Origin: Amoeboaphelidium protococcarum X5
Taxonomy: Eukaryota > Fungi > Aphelidiomycota
Direction: 5' to 3'
Assembly: GCA_023515725.1 (NCBI GenBank)
Contig: JALDTO010000235.1
Location: 232,371 to 296,370 of the forward strand
DNA: 64,000 bases
How positions within the stretch are numbered: position 1 is the first letter of the stretch; each line of letters begins with the position of its first letter. A program made the translations under genes and the position numbers. Positions 13,343 to 25,900 of this stretch are shown piece by piece. Below the pieces are notes generated by a model. That model was not told the origin of the DNA and did not search any database. It saw only the letters and a list, made by a program, of their open reading frames with translations.

Positions 13343-16300
13343 ATGATTGCCGGAAGACCTGCTGATGCTGAATATGCGATGGAGGAGTTTTAGCAGTAAG
13401 GTCAGCATGATCATTAAGCTGAAGCCTCCGCGAAGATGGATACGATACGCTCTGTCTCTGGTAGAAGCCACAAACACGATACTGCTGATGCTTAAAAGAC
13501 CAAGGAACGATCTTTCACTAGCATGCTGCTTCACTTTGCTACCAGAAAGGACAAGATTTTGATGGTTCTTGGCTTGATTGCTGCTATTGCTGCCGGTTCT
13601 GTGTTTCCGCTGATGACTATCGTTTTCGGAGCTTTGAGTGACGACTTGGGCAAGTTTCAAGTCCAACTGATTTCAGCCGACCAACTACAATCGTCTATCA
13701 ACAGTACAATCTTGTACTTTGTCTATCTTGCTGCTGCTACTCTGATTACGACCTATTTTTACATTGCTACTTTCACCTATATCTCTGAGTAAGTTTCGAG
13801 TCGCCTGAGAAAAGCTTATTTGGAAGGAGTGTTGAAGTAAGATATTGCGTATTTTGAATCTGTGGGCGCGGGTCAAGTCTCAACTAGAATCATAACAGAT
13901 ACTTAGCTTTTCTAGGATGGTATTGGTGAGAAGATTCCGCTGCTTGCCATGAACTTGAGCACCTTTGTGGCCGCATTCATTGTTGCCTTCACATCGAATG
14001 CCAAATTGACTGGTGTTCTGTTTGTTATCATCCCTATAATGGCTGTTGTGATGGTCTTCTTTAGAAAGTATATTGTTTTGTACACCAAGAGATCGTTGGA
14101 TAGTTATGCCAAGGCTGGCGATGTGGCTGAGGAGGCTCTGTCTGCTATTAGAACCGTCGTTGCTTTCATGGCGCATAACAAAATGGTTCAGAGATATAAC
14201 AAGCTATTGCTGGATGCTGAAGTGCAAGGTGTTAAGAAATAGCTAGCTATTGGTGGAGTCTTTGCACTCTTTCAGTTTATCATCTATGGCGCGTACAGTC
14301 TCGCGTTCTACTACGGAGGAACTCTGCTGGCGAATGGAGAATTGACTCCAGGACAGATTTTGACTTGTTTCTTCTCTGTTGTTATTGGTGCTTTTGCTGT
14401 TGCCGGTTCAAGTGGTGAGCTGTAGGCCATTGGTTTTGCTGCTGGAGCTGGTATCACTCTTTTCGAACCGATCGACCGTAATCCTGTCATTTCCACATCA
14501 AGTGATAGTGGCAAAGTCTTGGATAAGGTTGTGGGGCGAATTGACGTTTAAAATGTATCATTTAAATATCCAACACGTCCCGACTCTTATGCTATAAAGA
14601 GTATGAACTTGACTATTGAGCCTGGTACAACTATTGCACTGGTAGGCCAGAGTGGTAGTGGTAAATCATCCTTGGTCGGTCTTATTGAGAGATTTTATGA
14701 TCCTGTGGATGGCAAAATCTTCCTCGATGGTGTCGATATAAAAGAGATGAATGTATCTTTCTTGCGTAGAAACGTCGGCTATGTCACTTAAGAGCCAGTG
14801 CTGTTTAAGGGGACAATTGTCTTTAATGTTGCGCATGGTCTTATTGGCTCCGAACATGAGAATGCCTCGGCTGAGAAGAAGCTTGAGTTGGTTATGGACG
14901 CTTGCAAGCAGGCGAATGCTCATAGCTTTATCATGAAGCTGCCAAATCAGTATAACACAGAGATTGGTGAGCGTGGCTTACTGCTAAGTGGTGGCTAGAA
15001 ATAAAGAATTGCTATCGCGAGAGCTATCATCAAGAAGCCTAAAATTTTGTTGTTGGATGAGGCCACCTCTGCGCTTGACACCGCCAGTGAGCGTATTGTT
15101 TAAGATGCTCTGGAACGTGTCTCTCAAGATTGTACCACCATTGTAATCGCTCATAGATTGTCGACTGTGAAGAACGCTGACATGATTGTGGTCATGAGTA
15201 AAGGTGACGTGATAGAGACTGGCACTCATAAATCATTGACTGAGATTCCGAATGGTTATTATCGGTAGCTGGTCTAGATGTAGCAAGTTACTGCGAATAA
15301 AGACTAGAAAGCTATCGAGAATTAATAGAATCCCGATGAAGTGATTATCGCCTAGTAGTCATAGTAGAAAAATGCATCTCTGGAAAAGCTCACTGTGGAG
15401 CAAGTCCAAGATAGCAAAGCAGCGGCTCATTACTCTTCTTACAGAGTATTTTATGAAATCTCAAAGCTTAACTTACCTGAATGGAAGTTCTCATTACTTG
15501 GTCTCGTTGGTTCGATTTTGAGTGGAGCTACTTAGCCGCTATTTGCTTTAATTTTTGGTAATATCCTGTTAGTCTTTTATGAAAGAGGTGCGAAACTGAG
15601 ATAAGACGCCGACTTCTGGGCTTTGATGTTCTTCATCGTGGCAGTGGCTTCCATGATTGCCAATTTCTTAAAGTTCTATTACTTTGGTCTTGCTGGCGAG
15701 AAGCTGACCACTAGACTTCGTGATTTGTCTTTTAAAGCAATGCTGCAGTAAGAAATTGGTTGGTTTGATCAAGAGCAGAACTCTGTGGGAGCGTTAACTT
15801 CTAATCTATCATCTGGCGCATAGTAAGTGCAGAACATGTCTGGTACTATCCTAGGTTCATTCGTTGAGTTGGGCGTCACTTTCTTGGGTACAGCTATCAT
15901 TGCTTTGGCCACTTAATGGAAGTTGGGGCTGGTAACGTTTGCTTGTCTGCCTCTCCTGGTGCTTGCCAACAAAATGCGAGTGGATATGTTGAGAAAGGGC
16001 AATGAGGCTACTAAAGAGTATTATGAAAAGAGTGCCCAAGTTGCTTGTGAAGCTGTCGCTACCATGAAGACTATTGCTTCATTGACCCGCGAGAAGGACG
16101 TGATGAGAATGTACTCTAAAGAGCTGGAGACTCCGCTCAGTATTGGAGTCCATCATGCTATATATGGCTCGTTTTGGTATGCTGTTAGTTAGAGCTTAAA
16201 TTTTTTGGTGAATGCTCTGGCTTTTTGGTATGGTACGCGGCTGTTCATTTTTGAAGGGCTAGACGTTAAGCAGATGTTCATTGTTCTTATGAGTGTGATC

Positions 16301-17197
16301 TTTGCCGCTTAAGCCAGTGGTAGAGTGTTCTCAATGATGCCAAATCTGACAACGGCCCTTCTGTATGCAAAGGATATCTTATCTCTTCTTGCACGTAGAA
16401 CCAAGATTGACTCGTTTGCTGCCGGTGAGAAACTAGACAGAGATCGAATTCAAGGCAATATCACATTCAAAAATGTTCAATTTGAGTATCCAACCAGACC
16501 CGGATTGCAAGTTCTTCGTGGCTTAAATTTTAGTGCTTCTACTGGTCTAACGGCTATCTGTGGTCCGTCCGGAAGTGGAAAGTCGACAGTGGTGGGTTTA
16601 ATTGAGCGATTCTACGACTATCAGTAAGGCAGGGTCATGCTCGATGATCATGAGATTAAGAATGTTGATTTGAGGGATATGAGGCGTATAGTGTCTATTG
16701 TCTCTTAAGAGCCATCGTTGTTTAATGTCACCATTCGAGACAATATATGTTTGGGAGTGGCAGAGGCGGAGATGGTGACTGATGAGTAGATTATGGAAGC
16801 TGCAATGAAGTCCAACATTCATGACTTTATTATGAGCATGCCAGATGGTTACTCCACTATGGTTGGTGGTAAGGGAGGTTCATTGAGTGGCGGTCAGAAG
16901 TAGAGAATAGCGATTGCGAGAAGTCTGGTGTTAAATCCTAAAGTTTTGTTACTTGACGAGGCAACAAGTGCCCTGGACAGTGAATCTGAAAAGATTGTGC
17001 AGGATGCGTTGGACAAGGCTTCAGAAGGCCGCACCACCATTGCAATAGCTCACCGCCTGTCCAGTATAAAACACGCCAATAGCATTATAGTCTTACAAGA
17101 TGGTAAAGTAGTCGAGTCTGGTACTCACGAACAATTGATTAGCCAGAATGGGGTGTACAATGATCTAGTTGCTTAACAGGACTTGAATACTAACTGA
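13343..17197 (+). CDS. Full-length ABCB (MDR/P-glycoprotein) transporter
   Basis: TMD-NBD-TMD-NBD; [22 protein letters not shown] (Q from TAG/TAA), [11 protein letters not shown] twice; one frame; an in-frame upstream ATG exists at 13232. Confidence 0.95.
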
Positions 17198-17571
17198 TTA
17201 ATAAAGATTAATGAAAAATGGGCGGATCAATCATTCGTGCACCAAGTCTTTTTGAAATTTTTTATCCATAAAGTATTTGTATGATAGTTAGTCTTATTTT
17301 AAATACGATTATCAATGAGATTCTATATATTTTTACATACTCTTCAATACAAGTCAATAATCTAATTACTCGTTTACTTTATTGCCAATATTCTGAGCTT
17401 GTCTCAATACCTTAACAATACCAATAACTCCTGAGTGGTTTTAAGCTGCGACCATCCTCATTGATATCACAATGAAATGATGACTGGTCGTGTCACATTT
17501 CATCATTGCATTGTATTCAATGCTTACTGACAGTGTTCTAATTCTTTCATCGCAATACTGATCATTTGAAA

Positions 17572-18241
17572 ATGTAGCCAAGCCAAAAACGTGAATTATC
17601 TGCGGCTGCAAAGACAGCACTAGAAGATTTCAAAACTTAAGCATATCATCAAGATATTCCCGGATTTCTCTCCGTGTGTGCTAAGGTGATCAATGAAGTT
17701 GATATTCGGATAGTCAAAGAACTTGGCGCATCATCATTTGCCGCATTTGCTCCAGTATTTGCCCCTTGGTATAATACTAAATCTGAATGGTTTGGACATT
17801 GTGTTTGGAATGGCAACACAGACGCGTTCAATTAACGACTGTTGTTAAAATGCACTGACAAGGACTGGCAAATACCGTAATCTTAATAAACAGAACACTC
17901 CTTAACAGCAAAGTTCAATCCTAATTTGAATCGTAAAGACATGGGACAAAACGTAAGTGAGAGCCAGGAGAAGTAAAGTTTTAGTCAGGTGCAGCATTAA
18001 ATTGAGAATATCATTGAATCCAAAATGCGGAATCAGTAGATTGCATCAGATACAGACTCTCTAATGGCTAAATGGAAATCTAAGCAGTAATAGTCGTCAT
18101 CTAAGAGTTTGAAGAAGAAGAAGAAGAAAGTGCTACAGCTTTCGGACGCCTACGGGGTCAAGAATATCTTCTTCCTCCTCGTCTCCTCATAATCGTTAAA
18201 GCACGCAAGGCTACTGGAAACTGAAATCTTAATTTTAGTGA
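17572..18241 (+). CDS. Hypothetical protein; 3' end uncertain (possible frameshift in the AAG run near 18125, or an intron)
   Basis: Open frame from ATG 17572 with TAR=Gln; no family recognised; unshifted it runs into MED31 up to 18456. Confidence 0.4.
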
Positions 18242-18314
18242 ATTACTGTTATAAGGCCCAATTCTATTCGTATTGTTTTAGTCAGTATACTATAATAGTA
18301 GGAAACAATTTTAT

Positions 18315-18673
18315 ATGTCTGACATTCTTGACGATAACGCGCGATTTCAAATCGAATTGGAATTCTTACAGTGACTTAGTAATCCTGCTTATCTATAATG
18401 TAAAACTTGATTTTTCTTACTTTGTAACGTATAACCTGGGTAGTTCTTTTTAATGAAGGCTACTTTTAAGACGAGGAATTCATGGAGTACTTACGGTATC
18501 TGTAGAAAACGTGGACGGTGCCAGATTATGTGTAATTTATTAAGTTCCCCGACTGCATTTAATTTCTCTCAATGCTGATTGAGAGTGAAGAGTTTCGCGA
18601 TCAACTGCAGCGATAAGAATTTATGGAACACCTGTAAAAGTAGTAATACTACAACTGGAAAATACAAAGATGA
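18315..18673 (+). CDS. MED31: Mediator subunit Med31/Soh1 with in-frame TGA at codon 20; one intron (18400-18443)
   Basis: RFQIELEFLQ*LSNPAYLQ|FLFNEGYFQDEEFMEYLRYLQKTW...KFPDC...W aligns along its length to MED31. Confidence 0.88.
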
Positions 18674-18739
18674 AAATAAGATATAATTGAAGAATATTCC
18701 TTTCTTCCTTCGTAAGACTATTGTCAAGCTAAGTTGCAA

Positions 18740-19809
18740 TCACAACTTTTTAGTATCCAGGACGATGCGGTAACGGACATCTCCCTTACGCACGCGTTCA
18801 ATCGCTTGATTGGCATCTTTCAAGTCCATCTTTTCAATCCAAGGATGGACGTCGTGCTCAGCTGCAAAGTCCAACATTTCTTGAATTAGAGCAGGAGATC
18901 CGATCAAGGAGCCGGTCAGAGCAATTTGGTTCATACATAAAGCACCTGCTCTAAACTTCAAATCCTCCTCTGGTATTCCCAACAACACTACTGTCCCATT
19001 AGGTCTCATCAGACTGAAATAGACATCCCATGGCTTTCCCTTGTGATTACTGGTAACTATCAAGAGATCCAACTTTTGCGCATTACTTTTAACGTCAGAC
19101 TCCTCTTTGATGTTCAAAAATCCAGTTCCGCCCAACTTTTTACATTCTTCGCGCTTGTTCGCTGAGTGAGACACGCAAACAACTTCAGCGCCCATCTTGC
19201 TGGCGAACTAAACTGCCAGATGACCAAGACCGCCGATGCCGACAACGCCAACCTTCTTGCTTGCACCGGCACCAAATCTTTTTAAAGGATTGAACACAGT
19301 AGTACCAGCACACAGCAACGGCGCCACCACATCGGACTTCAACTTGTCTGGGATCACAAGACTAAAGCGGTAGTCTACACGCACAGCTTCAGCGTACCCA
19401 CCGTACGCGACACCACCATCAGGATAAACTGCGTTATATGTGAAGATTCTACGAGGACAAAGCTAGTTCTCGTTGGTCCTTGAATTACAATACAGACAAG
19501 ACTCGTCACTTAAGACCAAACCTGCGCGCCTACACCCACACGCTGTCCAACCTTGCGATACTTGCCAGCCTGTTCACCTACAGCCTTAACAACACCAGAG
19601 ATTTCATGTCCAACAACGACAGGATACTTGGTAGGACCCCAGCCACTGTCAATAGCATGTATGTCAGAGTAACAAATGCCACAGTAACATATCTCAATTT
19701 CAATGTCATACGGACCCAGAGGACGCGGCTTGTAACTGAACGGTTCCAAAGGCTTTCCTTTGCCATGACATGCATACGCCTTAAACTAAACTTGGTCGCT
19801 ATTAGTCAT
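18740..19809 (-). pseudogene. NADP-dependent Zn alcohol dehydrogenase (ADH6/CAD family) with a frameshift near 19510
   Basis: CGICYSD, GHEI, VGVGAQVWS, then a frame change before ...SCLYCNSRTNENQLC; APLLCAG, GIGGLGH; span of 1070 nt is not divisible by 3 and no intron is visible. Confidence 0.8.
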
Positions 19810-19959
19810 TCTACTGGAAATCGAAGTATAACTTGCGTTAAAGTACAAAAACTATACAGTTTGATGAAGATAAAAGACTAGTGGAAACAAGCGCGCCAAA
19901 AAACTGATGAGAGCGAGAGAAATTCAATTGAGGAACGCGCGTCGGACCGTGAGTGATGG

Positions 19960-19968
19960 ATGAGTCAT
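19960..19968. promoter_or_regulatory. Perfect GCN4/AP-1 site ATGAGTCAT about 150 bp upstream of the ADH gene
   Basis: Exact match to the ATGA(C/G)TCAT consensus; function is inferred. Confidence 0.4.
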
Positions 19969-20363
19969 TCGCGGGTAGGGAGAAATGCACTATCCTTCAG
20001 GCATGGCGTGACTTGTGGATATCGTATCACGGCCATAGCATTCAATGCAAATACTGGCCTGGAGACATTACTGATTCTTGTCTATACAATAGTAAATGAG
20101 ATTTAACAGTTTGAATAGTTTTGATCAAATTTGTACCTGCTGACAGGTCGATAGGTGTTGAGGTGACAAAATAGAAGAGGAAAGATGTACACAGTAGTTT
20201 CAAACGCTAACGGGCGAACAAGGCCCAGCTCCGAAACGCGCCGCGCAACAATAGATCCCTTGCAGATATGCTCTCATGGCTCTATAGGCCAATTCATCCA
20301 AGTAAAAGAAACGAAAAGAAGATCTATAACAAGATGAAATTCAAAACATACCTTAAAACATTT

Positions 20364-22253
20364 TCACTAACAAGCTTACAGCGTGATACTTGGTGGAACC
20401 AAATCACAAGCAACGAAAATTGAGTAGAAGAACTTCCTAAATTGACTTTCTGGAATAGCAAAGACATTATCCTGACCGATGGTTTATGCACCAGGTACAT
20501 TGACTTGCTTTGAATTCGTGGAACCCCAAGGATTGGACAAAATAAACATGCCATCTCTCCAATCTAACAAAGCATAAGCGTGATTCTCAGCCAAATTGGT
20601 CCCACTGTAAAATCCAGCGTCATTATATGTTCCTGCAACAGTCGCTCCGCATATCTGCGGGTTTGCAGCCAAAGCATCGCCAATTAAAGCGAAACTTGGG
20701 ACTTCATTTGTGGGAATAAAACCATATTTTTAGCCAGTTAGAGCTCTAAGCGCGAACCACGGATTATTGCCATTTCTTAAGGATATACCTTCAGGCTAGA
20801 AATGGTCTTATGCGGCTGTTAAGAAGACGCCGGCCCACTTTGGGTACCATCCCAAATCAGGGGAGCTGAGATGATCGTACCATCCGCTGCAGCTTTTGCT
20901 GTAAACTTTAGGCTACAACTAAGGATCATAAAGAGTTATATCACAGGTACTCCAGATACCTCTTGGAGTCCAGTTATCCTTCTTCTTTGCCACATAAGTT
21001 GCGGGACAACGATAAGCCACCGCTGTCATCGAACTTAAAAACCAACAATTGCCCCAACCTCCCTAATTTATGCCGTTTATGTCTTAAAGATCTTTGTTTA
21101 GTAGATAAGAGCTAACAGTTCTCCCATAGTTGACTTGATTAGAATCGCCCGGAAGTTCAGGCAAAGGCCCAGAAACATCAGGAAGCTATCCAATCAATGG
21201 ATACGAGATCTTAGCAGGATCGATTTCAGCACATAGAGCGGCTTATATAAAGCCAGTTTGATTGACAAATATCTTTGCTAAAGCCCAGAACTTCCCCTTT
21301 GACTCATCGTTTTACGCAACTGAGCACGAAATAATATCTTACGATACATTGGCGCTCGTATAAGAATCCTTTACAAGCAAAGGCGACTGCTCAGAGCCAA
21401 CACAGGTAGCCTGCGAAAAAGATCCCAAACTACTAAGTGAGATCTTGGAAAATACTCCATCCATGCAAAACAAGGATTAAATGGACGACTCACCAGCTTC
21501 ATCTTAAGGACGCGACCGTATAACGTTGCTACCGCCACTCATATCCATACCATTGCATTCGACAAAAGGATCTCTCTTTGAAGATAATGCAGTTATAAGG
21601 CCTCTTTAGGAGCAGTCATAATCAATGTAAGATCGATCGGGCGTAGGAGGGGCCTCACACATTGCATAAGCAATGGCGCCAGTGGTAGAATTAATAAAAA
21701 GCTGAGTCACAGCAGAAGGACTAACATTTTGAATCTCACCTGACCATATATTGGGACAGATTTAACCAGGAACAATAACTTTGAAGCCAGGATTACCGCC
21801 TACCATTGTGCCATTAGGGGACTTGATACAGTTCACAAAATCAACCTCTCCTGTACGGGTAAAGCCGTACTCATTTATAAAACCACCATCACATTAATAA
21901 GTAGTCAAGCCAGTATCTTCAACCTTCATAGTTGCATTAGACAAAGACACGGTGGATAGATCGACAGATGTCATACTTTAACCATCTTCAGCACAGACCG
22001 GTAGCGAATCGTTTGTTAGACCTGTGATGAAAGGCGCACAGCGATACTATCCAGAAAGAGGGGAGTTATCATTTCGGAAAGGCAAATTTGTTGATAACGG
22101 GCTTTCAACAGAGACAACCTAGGTGGACTACAAAATTGGAGCAACAGACGCAATTGATTCAATAGTTAAAATCGAGCAAAGTATCAATTGAGGATCAAAC
22201 ATGCACACAAAGCTAAATAATAATGTTCTAAATACAAAATTGATTTGTGTCAT
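20364..22253 (-). CDS. Calpain-like (C2/papain-fold) cysteine protease with predicted signal peptide and Cys-rich N-terminal half
   Basis: INQGGWGNCWFLSS (Cys), NHAYALLD (His), SNPWG (Asn); N-terminus MTQINFVFRTLLFSFVCM; 629 aa in a single frame. Confidence 0.8.
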
Positions 22254-22544
22254 TGTTTATACTGATTCAAATCTATCAATAACTTTCTAGAAAAGACTCT
22301 ACAATGTGGCAAATGGATTAGCAACAATTGAGCGCGTTGGCGTTACCGTTACACTATGTAACGTAACAATGATTGATTGGACCGAATTCTACATCAGAGA
22401 CATTTCTAGTTCTGCTGAAATTCACATGTAATGTTACGGTGTGATATTTATTCATTTTGAGTAAAAGGTAGTACCCTTCAGTATATAAAAGTATAAGTAA
22501 AGAAAGTAATTTACAAATATCATAGGCAAAATGCCTCATAAAAA

Positions 22545-22805
22545 TCACACATTACTTTTCTTTTAACCAATGCTTGATAGCTTGTTCACAAACCGTGTGG
22601 CTGCATCTGTCTGTGCAAATTCATCTGCCCACTCGTCCATGTCGCGACCTTGCCTAAGAGCTTCAAATCTGTGTTTATTCCAATGCCAACTGTACACAAA
22701 TATCGAAGTACTAATGGTGAACAGCGTCAATGATGTGGACCAAAAGAGGAATTGACGCGTGGCAAATGACAATTTACTAGGCCTGTGTTAAATTTAGTCA
22801 CCCAT
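22545..22805 (-). CDS. Small single-TM hypothetical protein (86 aa)
   Basis: ATG to TGA with TAR=Gln; hydrophobic FLFWSTSLTLFTISTSIFVYSW segment. Confidence 0.5.
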
Positions 22806-22907
22806 CTGCATTTTAGATTAGCTACGATCACCTTATATTGCTAATCTTTACGCGAACAAATTCCTCGTATAAATCATATCGAGACTTTCAAGTTTGAAAA
22901 ATTTACC

Positions 22908-25900
22908 ATTCGTGCACTAGTATTTTTTGAAAAAATTAATCAAAAATTCGACGTAAGGAGGAAGAGGAGGGAGAATTATAGAGGAAGATATTCTAATCAT
23001 CTGATTTCATTACAGAGTATCATGAAGTGACGTGAGTCTATTTATAAACTCCGGCATCGGCGAGAATGATCAACTTTAACACTGTTTCGGAACAGGACCG
23101 CCTTCAAGCACGCATTTCGATCTTGTTCCACCGTTACAGCCTTGACTGATTCTGAGACCACAATTCTTACACTTTTTGTCTAAGCGCAGATTTTTGTACT
23201 ATCCTGAGTCCGTTACGGTCGGAGTAAGATCAGTCTGTCCACGCATTTGAGGCACCACCTCATTGCTGACGAATCCAACTTAGCGCACTGTTAAAGACGA
23301 GGATTATTCTACTACAGCATGCTTCTCATCATCAACAATCCCATCCAAATCCAGCTGCTCATCAAGTTCTTCGGCTACAGGATTGGCCAACAGAGTGATC
23401 ATTCTATCAGGGTAGAGCTACTTACTCTCACCAACAGCCGGAAAGTGATAATTCAAGGCTACAGTTGCACTTAGCTGACGTTTCACCATTTACAGAGACA
23501 ATGAGTGGAAGCTGATCGCGTTCTTTTTAGTGAGAGCCTTCAAAAACGTCTTGTAATACGACTCCAAATGTTCTGGAAGCTTGCATGTGATTGCGATACC
23601 GTCAGGCTTTGCCTTCAATCTGCCAGCATTCCAGTCAACAGCAAACAACTTGTAGTCAATCTGCTTAAACGTGCCGCGCATATATTTTGACACGCTGACA
23701 TTGAAACACTTAATCTCTTCGACGCTTTATATTGGCAGATGAGGTATGAGAGTTTTCATTTTCACAGCCAAGTACTTCATGGATTCCGTATACTTCTCAA
23801 TCCTTGGATCAGAGACACTCACATTGACTTGCTAATCAGTGGAGACAACGGGCAAAATACCAAACGATTCGCCATGTAACTTCAACTAGTTGATAGGAGT
23901 CCACCAGTCATGAACAGACAGACCATAAATCTTTTGCGTTATATCCTAAATCTTGTCAATCAAATCATGATCATAATGTCCAATAGTAGGAAATCCAGGA
24001 CGATTCCTCTAAGATGCTCTTACATTATAGCGATGCCTCAGAACAGCAGCTGCCAGATCGGCATACTTTGGTCCAGCATTCCAAGGTTAGAACTTCATTG
24101 CCAGCTTCTAATGAACGGCACCTTCCACACTACTAGACCCACGAATACATCTGTACAAAGTTAGACCATCCTTGTCTTTTCCTTTCTCATTATGAAGGGA
24201 AATGCCTTGAGGATCACTAAGACAGCCCCTGCCAGCGTGGATAAGTAGTTTGGCAAACTCCTCTTTGGCCACAGAATCCAGCAATTGCTTCCCACTATCA
24301 GGGTCCGTATACTTTTCCTGACTAAATTCCATCAATACATGCCGCAATCTTTCAACAAGCACAGGCGCAGGTGGAATTAATCTACGGACACGCTGCAGTA
24401 TATAATCAGGTTTACTATACAGCACGTCGTCGTAATTCAGACCCTTCTAGTTTAGAACACGAGCAACGTCATTCGCATCCTCCTAATTGACAACAAAGAT
24501 AGCGTCACGGAGTTAGGAGCAGAACTCATACTGAAAAGCATGATGCCTTGGAATGCAAATTCTCTTCATAGCATGCCAAGCGTCTAATTTTACTCTAGAG
24601 CAACCATCACCAACAACAGGAAAAGATGCACAGTCAGTCAATTCAGTTTAAGGAGACTAGACTTCAGAATCAATTTCATTCAAAATGGACAGCTGAGAGA
24701 ACTGCTACTAACCAGATACGACTGCTTCATAGATCAACAAAGAGGCTATAACATCTCTCGCTGCATATGTAATCTATAATTCTGTTAGCTTTCTTGCGCT
24801 CCATTTCGAGCCTCTTACACCTTCATCTTTATCAAGCTCAAAACCCAAAAACTACTGAGTGAGAGTACGCAGACTTACTTTAGCAGATGAAATAAGGCCT
24901 TTATCTTTCGCAATCTTGGCAAGATCTTCCACAGATTCAACCACTAGATTATAATCTTACATTAAAAGTCTAGCATCATCGCCAACCTTACGACCGACCT
25001 TCTTTATGCTGGCATCGCGCATAAATAGAGACAGAATAGTTGGTAACTACTTCAGATGGCACAGTTGAATAATCAGCACTTTACTACCAGGAAAACACAA
25101 CTACAATACACTAACTTTACCTATCTTACCGCCATTACCACTCTCCTTTGAATATTCCCATTCACAATCCAATCCAACAGCAAAGTCTCGTCCATCTTAT
25201 GCTTCCTTCATCTCATTGACCATGGAGTTTAATTGAACTTTCAAAGTCTATTCATCACTCACCACAAACACCTTACTCATATCTACGCCAAGCAATGGCT
25301 TATTCAAGATGCCCACCCGCAGCGATGGAAATACAGACTCATAAAACTGACGATCTTGACAGCATATATCAGTATAAACCACTTATGGAGTCTTCATTCC
25401 ATTGCTTTCAAGAGTGTTGTACATTGCCTTAAGAGGCTGAGTAATATGCTGATGTGAGGTGGACTGAACAAAACTCTAGGACCGAATCTCTTCATACTCA
25501 TTTAATACCGTGTGCAGCCCTTCAAAAGTTCTGACACCATTCAACTAGCCCATATGGCGAGTGACTTTGAAGCTATGGTCAGCGCATATAACTTCTGCAT
25601 CTCTTCTTTATACCTCAAAATCAAAATAATCCTTCTTTCTCTCAATATCCATCATCAGCATCTTCATCATATAATTAGATGATGGCACATGACCACAATA
25701 TCCCAGCTTATCCGCAAAGCTGCTAAACTTGGGTACTTCGGCAACAGGATCCAGAATTATCTTCTGAGTCAGGGCAGGCTACCTCATTTTCAGAATAGAC
25801 TGAACCATAGAGTAATACTAAAGCTCCAACTTAGTGTGACGCAACGTGTGCCACTCTTTTAGCATGTTAGAAATCTAAGTGGGCCCAACCGAGGCATCTA

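Noticed and set aside
18674-18760. SECIS element for MED31
   Set aside because: An ATGA is present at the stop, but I could not build a helix with a matching GA quartet
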